Shown: in pieces, positions 22,021-34,548 of the stretch
How positions within the stretch are numbered: position 1 is the first letter of the stretch
Layout of the letters: each line of letters starts with the position of its first letter
DNA from: Trichoplax sp. H2
Taxonomy: Eukaryota
NCBI GenBank assembly: GCA_003344405.1
Contig: NOWV01000002.1
Coordinates: 1,054,001 to 1,118,000, forward strand
Length of the DNA stretch: 64,000 nucleotides
Direction: 5' to 3'
Program-made: the position numbers and the translations under genes
The notes under the pieces: generated by a model
The model's input: only the letters and a program-made list of their open reading frames with translations
Databases searched by the model: none
Told to the model about the DNA's origin: nothing

Positions 22021-25000
22021 ACAATACGCAAAATTTTGAAAGATCATGAACATACTCTTTCTGAAATGCGTCCTCATAATGCTGCGTTAATAAATTTATT
22101 GTTAAATTCATGATATATTTTACCTATGCTTGTACAGGAAATTGATTCTCTTTATAGACGCAATTTGGTCAATCAATTAAATTATTGAAATTTATAAGAA
22201 TATATGCGTCGCCAAAACTCTGTATATGCGTATAATCTATTTTCGTTGCTAATCATGTCAATTTAATAATAGGTTACTTCGTTCACCTACAAAATAAAAA
22301 AAGTGGAATATTTAATAAATTTTAAATTATTGTTCATGAGAAATAAACTGAAAATTATCTGCCACCAACCGTTCTCTAGAATCGAAAAATCAATTTGGCC
22401 ACTTCAGTTACGAAATATTTTAAATCATTAAAATTTTAACCGAATATCTTTCGCAGCAGACTATCCTATATTATTTATTACCCATCGTCACTTACTTCAT
22501 AAAAAAATCAATACTCAATAGACATAATATCAAGATATTTTTGCTTATTTAAGAATTTTACCACGGACAACCGTATCATACTGCCGAATAGAAGTCTTTG
22601 TTGCGATTGCTTTTATTCGATCAAACAATATCAAATTAAATCAATTATATTACAGTATATGAGTTGTAGATATTTCTCTTGTAATAAAGGTCAGACATTG
22701 TTCAATAACCTCTGTCATAAGAGATTATCATTTGAGTTATTTTGGAAACGATATGATTATCCATCATGGAGACATGAAAGCTGCCAAAGACTTCATCTTT
22801 TTTTATAATCTTTAGCTAGAAAAATTAAAGAGTTAGGCATGAATTACAAAAAATCATTGCCATATCTAAAAAACTTCTAAGAGCGTTTTAACTAAATAAA
22901 GCTAGTTTTCGCTTCTTATATTGCCCAACTAAAAAGCTATTGATTATTTGATCATTATTGTATGCATCACTGCTGCGAATTATCAGACATAGACATTCTA
23001 GTTAATAAGATTATTAATGCAACTCGCATCATATTGACATAATAAACACAAATAATAATTTAATCTTTATAATAATGCAATTCATAGGTTATGTGGAATC
23101 GTAGACAACATACTTAATAGTTTCCGTCCTGAAGTTTTTGTTATTTAACAAAAGTAGTTAATTTTTTGTGTTTGGAGTAAAAAGAATATGCAGTACGAAA
23201 CTAGAAACTCAAGAGTAGTAGAACTTAAATTAGGATGTTGCCAGGTTTTAGCTAAAGGAAATTAAGACGTGCTTTTTTGCAATGAAATAAATTTAATACT
23301 TAAAGAAATCAATTGATTCTGAGTAAACTTATTTTTAAACAATAATTCAAAACTATATGTTTAGTTCCCTTTATTTATTATCTCATACTACACTTAAACT
23401 TATAAAGTTATATTGGTAGTAACAACAGAATTTTTAATATAATTTCCAATTTTTAGTCTTTTTCGCGGTTTGTAAAGTAGTAGTAACGGATTTATATCGA
23501 AATTTAAATCATAGAATAACTAAGATTGATCAAAACTACAGATTAAGTAATTAGTTAATAACTTCTTGCATACATATAACACTCATAATTGCCTTATATT
23601 CTCTAGGATTAGTAGTTTACAGTGTCGTACAAAAATATAACTTTGAAATCGCTTCCATTTCAGTAAGAATCATATCATTATATTCATAAGAGTCACTTAA
23701 ATACCAAAAATAGATCTAAATTCCGAACAATAATGCCAAAATAAAATCTTTATATGCATAAACCATGGTTGTATTTGATCGAATCTAATGCAAAAAATAA
23801 ATTCTACCGATGCGTATTTTCTATTACTACGGTCGAAATATTTACATATTGTACTTCAATGCATTGCCTGTACATCATATCAATAATCATAGCTTCTAAT
23901 TTTAATCTTTATTCATTCTAATTCTCAATCACCTTTAAAAATATCTGGAAGGCCTTTATAAACATCGGTCCTCGGCATTAGCTACAATTCCTACCCATCA
24001 TTTCTGAACATGTGAAATAAAAGTATCTCACAATTATTCTATGCAATCTAGTCCAACTCTCATAAAACAATTGTCTCAGGCAGACTTTTATTGCATAGTT
24101 AAGAATCGTAGAGCAATAGTTAACAAGAACGAGAATCTAATCTAAAGTATCCTGAGCTTCAAAAAAAGTGAAGTCTAGCCTCCAAGCTTATCTATGTAGT
24201 TCTTAAATACATTTCGTTTAATCTATTTTCGGTAATAAATTTTTTTACGATGAGACTTGATTCATTAAACAGAAAACTTTTCCTCAAATAGATCATCAAT
24301 ATGTTTTACATTACTAACCAATCCGCTAGAAAAATCATTACTCTTCGATCAATGTCCGTATTCATAATTATAGGATATCAAGTCACATAAACCAATATAG
24401 CATAGCTAGCTGGCTGCCTAATATTACTAATCAACAATTTCTAATATAATGTGGTGATTAGCAATCATCTAATATCAGGATCACGATAATATCTATTCTT
24501 AGGGACCTAATTATATCAAGTGTAGCTATCAAAACACTATCAAATATGGGGTGCATCACAACAACATGGTATAGGGCCTATATTATAATAGTATAGGCAG
24601 CGTAACAAATTACAGGATTATCAAGACTAATTATTAATGGCATATCAGATTATCTCGACGAATGAGCTATTTTTGGTCTAAGTTATGCATGACATCGAAT
24701 AGCAGTTTTATTACTTTTAAATCTGCTCGTAATCCTTACATTAATATGATTCATTGTAAAGTTAAGTTCTGCAATAATATTAAATCATCGCCTTATATTA
24801 TCATGTCTATCGCACAAGAAAAAGCAATATGAATGGGTATAAAATTACTATTTTAAATAGATATCGTCATTATTTTAACTATTTCCCTTTCATGTATACA
24901 GTTTGAAAGAAATATGGACTGGAAACGTAAGAGCAACGGCATCTTAAATGCTAACAACCTATTGTAATTGCTTAAAATTTATACCTGATTTTACTCTTAC

Positions 25001-25900
25001 AAAGAGTAATATTAGCTTGTAATAAGTAAAGTCGTATAAATCGCAATTTTTAATATTCTAGCTGAGTATATTTTGAAATGGACGATTATAATCTGAATAC
25101 CGAATAATTACCGAAGATGCCCTATCAAAGATTCTTAATCGGTATAAAATATCTAAATTTAATCATATGAGGATGAACTGAACTCAGGCAGCATAGATAA
25201 TTGACAAGTATATTCCTTCATGAATCTTAACATACTGTTCTTACTTTTAGTAACAAATGACATAGAACATATCTAGAACCCGCGAAATAATGACAAATAA
25301 GAACAGCAAGTCATCTCTAGTAAGTATAGACTAGCCTTTACGGTAATATATGGTATATAAAATATCCAATTAGCAATCGCAACGTATACTCTTCGTTCTT
25401 AACGACGAAATTAAGGAGCTTACAAATTAGCTTGATAGATCAGATGTATACGTATATAACAATTATTTTGCATGTATATTATATCGATTTATAAGCGATA
25501 GATTGTAGTAACTGTCAATCTGTAATGGTAAAAAAATTTTAACGGAATTTAAGCTGGGCTTAGATTTTTCGTGTAATCATTTAACTAATCATAGTCCGTA
25601 GTATTATGACCGAAAAACTAAAAAAAAAATGATAATCATAGCCAATATCTTATACTATAAACAGGAAACCATTGCCGGCACCTTAAGTTAGCAATATTCT
25701 CCAGTTAAATTTAAATATTATCAAAGTAACTTGCGATAATGTAATTGCTATTAGATTACAAACTCCAGTATCTGATCGTTAAGAATTATTTATTACGCGA
25801 ATCAATGAAGAATCAAATTAAATAATTCCTATTTCAAGGGAATGATATTAACGGGACTTCATAGTTAATGGTTATGGCGTATTTTCTTTAATAATAATGA
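22021..25900 (+). pseudogene. Possible decayed death-fold (CARD-like)-STAND NTPase-LRR gene
   Basis: An 81-codon helical frame with 3 stops at 22021-22263. Degenerate Walker A IIHHGDMKAAKD at ~22756-22791, frameshifted Walker B-like KLLII/FD at ~22934, sensor-1-like TRIILT at ~23021. LxxLxI-type fragments at about 24490-24920 and 25750. Confidence 0.35.
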
Positions 25901-26838
25901 ACATATATTCTACTAAACTATCATACAGCACTGTAGTCGTATCATTATGATGTCTCTATTGGGTTCCCTATGACTTCCAGAGGACAATTTTCAGACACTC
26001 CATTTCTTTCGCTCTAGCTATCGATAATACAGTTCCGTATTAAAGGTCGCCTTATTGCAGAATAATTTCTAGATTGTACCTTGTACAGTTGCATAAACTA
26101 TTTGTTTCCAATTTTTCTATTTATCTATATTAACAAGTGCAATATTTACGTCAAATAAAGATCGATTTCTACTTAAATATCATTGATTCTAGATTATCCG
26201 CTCTTCTAATATGTAGTAGAAAGTTAAAATTATTGATGTTATGATTCTAGTCATGTGGAAAAGAAAATAAATCGTTTAGTGATTTTTAGTCAGAAAAGTC
26301 AACAGTGGGTATAAATTAACCGTACTGTAATCATTGGCAGTATTATTTTCTTACGCAAAATCCATTCCAAAGTTCAAGATGATAAAAATAAATTAATAAA
26401 TATTACGAATTATGATAATATCACATTTATGGAATGTGAATGGAAATTGCAATTCAACTTTAGCCTTACTAAATATTGATTTAATTTTACTTATTCTCAC
26501 TTCAATCGCAAATCAAATAAATCGATTTAGCTAAAAGATTTACCCCTGCTTTTAAGTCTGAAGGTATGGATAACTCAATATCTCTAAATTGATGATTATC
26601 TTAGTCTTTCAATATAGACAGTTAAAAAAAACTCTAATCTTGCAAATATTCTTAGAAAGGTTTCAAATAAATTTTTTAGCAACTGATCGAAGCATTATGG
26701 TGCTACATTTTGTACAAAAAGCATACATCATTTTCTACATTAAGTAGCAACTATCGCTACTCTATTTTTTTTATATTTTCTTTTAATGGGTCTTACCTAC
26801 AGTATTACTGTAGTTTAAATAACTTAATGGATAATGGT

Positions 26839-27800
26839 TTATTTACAACTGATACTTTTATGCAAAGTATATTCGTTAAAGCTACTGCTACGTCCATAAA
26901 TGGACGTAAGAAACAGATTGTATAGAGTAAATTTATAGTAAACCAAAAATTTATTTGCATCGATACTTTGGAATTGATCATATCGTATCCTAAATCTTTT
27001 AATATAGTTGACTAGCTTGATGAAATGGATATTTGAGAGAGTAAGCTTGCAATCAATGTCAAGCATTCGCTTACAAATAAACATTTGTGTAAAACAGCTA
27101 TTACCGCCAACATATTTCATGGCTGCAAAATAGTCAGCTATGTTTAATACTCTACCCTACTACTGTCAGCTATGTTTACATAAATAACTATTGATGAGAG
27201 CTACATTTACAATATCATTTTAGCAATGGCTATATTTGAATTCAGATACGTCTAATTCCGCATTGTTGGCTAAATACGGTAGCAATGAAGAAGATAGGTA
27301 CTGCAAATAGATAATAACGTATGCTGAGCATTAGCGAGCATAGCATCAATTAGACAGAAATCTCATTCGAACGGCAAGCTATGCGAGTTAGGCAAGTTAT
27401 AACTATTACCCTCATAGCATAAGCAGCTAAAGGAAATTTCTTCTAGACAATTTAGTACAGTAAGATAGTTTTAAAATCAACACGTAACGGAAGAGAGATC
27501 GTGAGCTCTATAGCTGTAGCTGAAAACGTGGACCAAGCTATACATATAGTAATTTATCGTTAGTTTATTGACATCAAAATTTACCGATAGTCTGTAAGAC
27601 TAGAGATGTTTCAATACGCTGTGTACAGGTAAAACAGAATTTGATGCTTCGCTAAACCGAGCAGCAATTTAGATTAAGCTTAGGTGTGCTAGATAAATCT
27701 AGCAAGATTCAACAATTTAGTGCTACCTCCTGAACAATAGACTATCGACAACTGGCATATTAAGCTTCTTTAGAGAATTAAATAGAAAGAAAGATTGTTT
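26839..27800 (-). pseudogene. Possible decayed leucine-rich-repeat gene remnant
   Basis: Stop-interrupted frames with LRR-like cores FNSLKKLNMP, VLKHL*SYRLSVN, LTVLNCLEEISFSC, YLQYLSSSLLPYL, leading into the 93-aa ORF 27120-26839. Confidence 0.3.
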
Positions 27801-29039
27801 GTACAGAATTAATCAGAGCAATGTACCTTACTAATTTTAACTGCAACATCAATAGCAATCATCGATTTAATGCAGTTTGCATAATTATTAATTTACCATT
27901 TAGCTATTGGTGCTACAAGTTACTTACTTGACTAGGGTTATGGCTTGTTGAAATAGTGAGAGCTATAACGGAGATAATTTTATGGTTTGGAAAAAAGTAA
28001 ATTTACAGCTACCAACCCAAAACGAATTGCTTTTACATCATCGATATAATAATGTTGAAGTAATCTCAAGTTTTATTGATTTTCCATCTAAACTTTAATC
28101 ACCTATATAATTATTTTTAAAGGATAAAAAGCCTACCAGCAAACGTCTAAATCCTAAGATGCCGAGAAATACTAGCTCTAGGCATAGATCAAAACCAAGC
28201 AAAGGTAAAGACCTGTAATGAGGCTATCATCTCACAGTATAAGTCAAATATGTGATAATAAATGATTTTAAGTGTAATATTTATAATCAATTGGAAATGT
28301 TTCAAGTACTTTCCGATTTCATGACATCAAAATTGAGCTGTATTAGGGATTGAAAATGCTAGCACCTAAATTTTCAAGATTAATTATTTTGAGCACGTAC
28401 AACTCCAGTTTAATGATATGCACATCAAGACAGGGAGATTAATTCTAGACCTACATTAAATGATATGCATCGATTCTGCATACTACAAAGATAAATCTTA
28501 TCAGAGGATACAGAAGTATTTTACTTACCTCTATAGGTGCTAAGTATCTAAAGTTTCAAAACAATTTTTACTCAATTATAGAGCTAAATATGGAACTGAA
28601 TCGAGATATGTAGCAAATGTTGTACTATATAATTACTGTAAAAGTAGTTCAGTAACCCATGTACAATGAAAGAAATATCGTCTTCGTATCGTTTGACATT
28701 GATAAGTTATCTATAAATTAATATATTCAAGATTAAAAAATATATAATTAAGGTAATCTTCTCTGTCAGTTACTCTAAAATGCTCTCTATCATTAACTCC
28801 ATACTTTGTTGTGGATACTGTTGCGTAAAAATTTAAAACTAGAGTAACATAACTGATGATTTAGTCAGAATGCATCAATATCATTTAAATCTCCAATAAC
28901 ATCAGTTTATTATTTATTTTAAATTCTTCTGATAAAATTTACTTACTATTTAAGTGTTAAATAGGCTTAATGAATTGATATAACGAACCTTAATTCATCT
29001 GCGATGCTTGATTGGGATATTATGCAAATAAAAACTTAG

Positions 29040-32000
29040 GTGAAGCCGTTCAAATTGTATCATCCACTGGCAAGCATACGTTCTCCCTAAATCATCGTGC
29101 TTTGATGAAGATTCTATTGACCAAGGAATTAAAAAACGTTCATGTTGTTTTGATATCTGTAGCTGGTGCATTTCGTGGAGGCAAATCTTTTCTTCTAAAT
29201 TTCATTTTACATTATCTAATTACTAATGTAAGTTGATAAGAGTAAATTTGTGCTAAGCTGGAAGTAATTTAATCATACGATTGTAATTGCTGTTGCAATT
29301 GTTACCCAATATCAGTACTAGAAAATTAGATTAACTTGATTTTAACCGCACTAGATCAATTACAGTATTTTTCTGAAATGTTGGTGATGTGATCTCCTAT
29401 ATTAGCTAATCTTTTTCGTAGCAAACGTATAAAATATAAAATACAATATTGTTATAATAACGTACGAGCTTTATTAAATCGTCATCAGCAGTTGTTAACG
29501 ATATTTATTTTATAGGAAATTGCTACTTCTTGTTCTGATACATCCGACGGATTTGCTTGGTCGGTTGGTTCCAATCGTCATACTACCGGCATTTGGCTTT
29601 GGAATAAACCAATTATGTATAAATTATCCAATGGGCAACAGGTTAGTTAGCTATACCATTAATCTTCATCTAAAATTAAAAACTCGTTATTGTGATAAAA
29701 ATAAAATACAGTATTCTAATCATAAATTTATTTTAATTCTCTATTAACATTGACTAATTTTCATACTTTAATTGCCTTACAGATAGCAATATTGCTAATG
29801 GATACTCAAGGTGTCTTTGATTCTAAAAGTATAATCAAAGAATGTGCTACTATTTTTGCTTTAAGCACTTTATTAAGTTCCGTACAGGTAGGAAAATTGT
29901 ATGACATTAATAAACAGCTTACGAATATCGTTAATGAAATGATCACAAATAAAAATCTATTTTAATCTGTCCTGGATATAACGCAAGTATTCATTCAAGT
30001 GCCTCTATCATATTGTTTTTCTTGCATTTGTTACGAAATTGTGTTTAGATCTATAACTTACCTGGCAATATTCAAGATGACGATTTACAATTTTTGCAGG
30101 TCGGTCATAAGGAAGTATATTTGTTGCTTTCCTCTATACAGTAAAATAGATATCTTTATGATATTGTGAAATGAAAGTATTGGATAACATTAATTAAGTG
30201 AACAAGAATGTATTGCTACAGGTGTTTACGGAATATGGACGATTAGCGTTAAAAGAAACCAATCAAACACCTTTTCAAGTATGCCACTTATGAATAGGTT
30301 TCATTCCTATACGTACACGTATATCATGATCGGCCTTTAAGAGATTTTTAAACGATATCATGGCAATATTAACTGTAATCGTGATCATTATTTGAAGTAG
30401 TTTGATAATGTAATTTTGCTGCCTACATATATCGCGAAACATTATTAGCGAAATTTATTATTATTAGACCTTGCATATCTTGGTGAGAGATTGGTCATAT
30501 CCATATGAATACGCTTATGGCAAGGATGGAGGCCAGAAATTACTCGAAGACTGCATGAAGGTATAGTTACGATTTCAACGATGATTTGAACGTCACTACT
30601 TTTTTGCTACTAATTTAGGAAACATTTATGATTGAGATCATTGCCACAATTACTTATTTATGTATCAGCAAGGGGACACGTTGAATTCTTTTCTGACATC
30701 AAACTAGATTGCTATCAGCTACCGTATTTTTGCAAGCAGGTTTCTAAATTTAAAAAATAACTGATGATCTGCTCTTACACTGCAATAATCCACTTATAAT
30801 TACTACGAGTATATAAGTATTGCACATTGAGTTATCAGTTGTAGAAAGAAAATTTTATAAACTTAACGTATCTGAGATCTGCTTAGTTTAGCTACACAGA
30901 CAAAGGAAGCTTTCAATATGAAAAAAGTTATTTCATAGTTTAAAGTTGGATGATAATAAACCTGCAAGACATACTACGAGTTATGATAGATACGTCTATG
31001 CTAAGAATTATGTAGAGGCACTTGATTAGATAAAATAAGTTGTAAACGATGATAAAGGTAAAGATGGCTTTTAATTATCGGTAGGTGAATAGAAATTTAG
31101 CTGAGGAAAAAAAGCAATTAAGAATTCATCTTCAGTCTTGCTACGAGAAAATTACATGCTTTCTATTGCCTCATCCTGGTTTTAAGGTCGCCACTGATCC
31201 CAAATTTAGAGGAGAGTTATCAGGTTTACAGATACAGTAGATTCAATTCTTCTTATAAATAAATAAACTAGTCCAGATATCTGAGAATATTTTATCTATG
31301 CATTAATGTCTAGATAATGTTCGTAACTACATTATAAAATGTGCAAAATAGATAAAATTTTCACTGGTTTTCGCTTCTACTTAAATATTTATGCTATGAT
31401 TTATTTTTATGACATGTCAAACGTTCTAATTAAATGAGAAAAGTTATACATTATTGTTTACTATTACAGATATCGAGCCAGAGTTTGTTAATCATGTGCA
31501 AGAGCTACTTAAATATTTGATCGATGAAGAGAATTTAACGCCTAAGAAAGTTAACGGCCGCCTCATTACATGTAGAGATCTTTTTCATTACTTTAAGGTC
31601 AGTAATACTAAGTTAAGTATTGATAATATGGTTTACATCTATTTAGGAGTTACTATATGTCGACTGATTGAATAAATAAATGAATTCATTTAATACGACA
31701 TCCACCATACAGAATAAACATCATCATCTTAAAAAAAAATTGAATTATAATGCTTTACTTACTATTGAATTAAGTCAATTATGATTGATAATGATGAATT
31801 GAATAAATTAGAAAATATAACAATATCATAGTTTCGATGATGGATACTCGTACAACACCTAGGATATGCCTGTTTGTCTATCTAATAATGGTATAATTGT
31901 TTGGTTTAGGTATTTATGGACATCTATGCTGACGATCAGATACCATCACCGAAAACGATTTTTCTGGTTGGTATCTTCAATTGCGATGCTACTTATTAAC

Positions 32001-32800
32001 GAATCTCATAAGAGAATATTAGCTACTTCTATGAACGTTGCTCAATGAGTCAATTTATACATAATATTAATTGAATTAAATATACTACCATTACTACACA
32101 ACGATACCCATTACAATGCTGCTAATTTTAAAGTTGTTTCAATATTTTAATCTATTCGCATTAGAATTAATAGCGACATGGATTCTCTATATTGTATAAA
32201 ACCATTCCATTTGTTTGTATAGGCTTATTTGGGAAGTGACTGTTAAAATGTTTTTCTTTGACTCTAGGCTACCGCTGAAGCTAATCATATTTCTGCAGTG
32301 ATGACTGCCAGAGATTATTACAATAAGGAAATAGAAAAGGTAAAGGATATTTTAGACGCGATTAATATTAGCATGACGCTATCGAGTAATCCATAATTTA
32401 AATTGATAATATCATCAAGATTTGTGGGCCGACGAGATCTTACGTTTCTCCGGATGCTTTATTGAAAGAGCATCGGCGTATAGTTGAAAGTGCAATTCAA
32501 TGTTATAAAAAAATACCCAAGATTGGAGAACAGGAGCTTGGTCACTCTTATCTTAACAACTTGAAAGATCAGTTGCAAAAAGAACTGAAAATGATCATGA
32601 AAAGGAATGAAGTCAAAGGAAGGAGGCTGTTGACTTCCTTTCAACCCATGACTATCTTATTCATTATTATTTTTGTAATCATAGCCGTCCAAGCTACCGG
32701 AATTATTCGGCTGTTACTTCATCATATCTTTTCCTCAGAAAGCCTGTTGATCATTATCTTTGTTCTCCTACTTGTGTTTGTTTTAAAATCCTCAGATTAA
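29040..32800 (+). CDS. ATL: Atlastin-family GTPase, divergent; exons 29040-29227, 29516-29641, 29783-29887, 30049-30099, 30222-30278, 30468-30560, 31085-31223, 31470-31597, 31910-31966, 32268-32339, 32420-32800. First exon unresolved (candidate 28159-28204).
   Basis: [15 protein letters not shown]-loop, [44 protein letters not shown], three-helix bundle and C-terminal double hydrophobic segment. GT-AG introns in consistent phase. Confidence 0.92.
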
Positions 32801-32999
32801 ATAAATTTTTATCTACTGTTGGCGTGATGTATCTTCTTTATTACAGCCAGGTATTGTAGGCAGACTATTTCCTAGAAAGGGCAAACAATTCGTTTGATTA
32901 AAATTACCCTTACCTATCTTACTGTGGCCATCGGTAGCTAGTGGTTGCAGTAAGCAGGAAGTAGACCAGAAAAAGATTGGTACTTCACCTTCGTCTCAA

Positions 33000-33141
33000 C
33001 CTGGCTCTCCATCAAAAATTTGTAATTCTTCCCTTCCCGGCTTTAACCTAGCTCTATCCCCAGGAAAACAAATTCGTACTTCTCCCCGGCTTAATCTAGC
33101 TCTCCCAATAAAAAAAATTGTACTTCTCTCCCCTGGCTTAA
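33000..33141. repeat. Three diverged ~47-bp tandem units
   Basis: Units begin cctggctct (33000), cctagctct (33047), tctagctct (33095). Each contains an A-run, then ttYgtaMttct, and ends ccYggctt(t)aa. Confidence 0.7.
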
Positions 33142-33145
33142 CTAA

Positions 33146-33548
33146 GCCATGGACTACTAGAAAAACACCGGCATTTTTTCTAGTAGTCCATGGCCCAGCT
33201 CTCCACCCCGAAGAAATGAACTTATGCTCATCCGCCATAACCTTGCTCTGCCTCCCTGCAGTAAGATAGTGTAACACGATCACCGCAACGTCAATCACGA
33301 GATGCTTCAATAGCAATACACAACGCAATAACACTATGACACCAGTGTAACATCAACACATACTGTACTGTAGGACGATAGCACGACGCGGCAAAACGAT
33401 CGACCAATCGGCTTGGTGTACAAATACACTCGTAGTCCATCGATCGTGCTACTGCAATCGTGTTTCGTGCGTGACACAGACTTTGTAACACGATTGCATT
33501 AGCACGATCGATGGACTACTAAACAAGGTCTTTTCTGGTAGTCCATCG
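33146..33548. mobile_element. Palindromic ATGGACTAC-motif element (MITE-like) with nested inverted repeats
   Basis: Perfect 20-bp stem 33146-33165/33175-33194. An ~33-bp inverted repeat 33432-33464/33487-33519. An 11-bp stem 33509-33519/33538-33548. Confidence 0.5.
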
Positions 33549-34548
33549 CACCAAAATGTCTACAATCTAGATACTATCAACGCTATTTTACAGATGGATT
33601 GTACATTGTGCAGTATGAATTCTAATTATTATACATATCGATAGTGTTATACATTAATTAATTCTATTTCTGACTGCGCCGTTATGCTTTAATGCTATAA
33701 ATGTTGCCATGCATCCATCCAGTGCGTCGTAATCAAATTGATTACATACGCAGCTGTCACAACTATCCTTGCGCAGCAAGAAACAACACAGTACTTAACT
33801 AGAGAAAATTTCATTTTAATCCGTAAGACTACTTGCCTAGCCTACGGTACAGTAACTGAAATCTTTGCCAAGTACGCACACTACCCACAATACAAATATG
33901 CAATATAACTCGTCACTTTTTATTGATGAACTATTCCACTTATACTGTATGCTCTATTAGTCATAGTAAACATGTTGACTGCGCCATTAGTATTTTTACA
34001 TTAATATATCACGATTCATATACGATCATTGGAAGTAATTAACAATTTCATACAGAATTTTATCTCGACTACGAGCTCTGTCAAATTTTCATATTTCAAA
34101 TACCTACTGGAAACATTGACTATTCCGTTATAATATCATAAGGATTTACTTTATCACTCATAACAATAATTCCTAAAGTAGAGCTTATCATCTATATAAG
34201 TTATTTTCATGACTGCCACAGCAGCAAAGTATATTGAAGCGTTCAGACAGTGCAAATACAGGAAGTATCACGAGTGAGATATTCAACTGGTACTGTGCAG
34301 TGCGCAGTATATACTGTATGTTAGCGGCCATGTATGAGAAACTATATGTATATGCATCCACCTTATTATTTCAAATTATATAATGATGGATGAGATTAAT
34401 ATCCGAAACTTTTCAAGATGAGCCTGAAAACGCTTTACCATTAATTACATTTTTTTGGTATTAGTTAATAATGCTTTTGCAGTCACGAGAGAGGTATTTC
34501 ATTTTTTACAGTACGGTGCATCAATCAGGTAATGATTTTGCTGCCTTC

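Noticed and set aside
32996..33491. Minus-strand ORFs of 112 and 66 aa
   Set aside because: They overlie GC-richer tandem and palindromic repeats; no homology signal.
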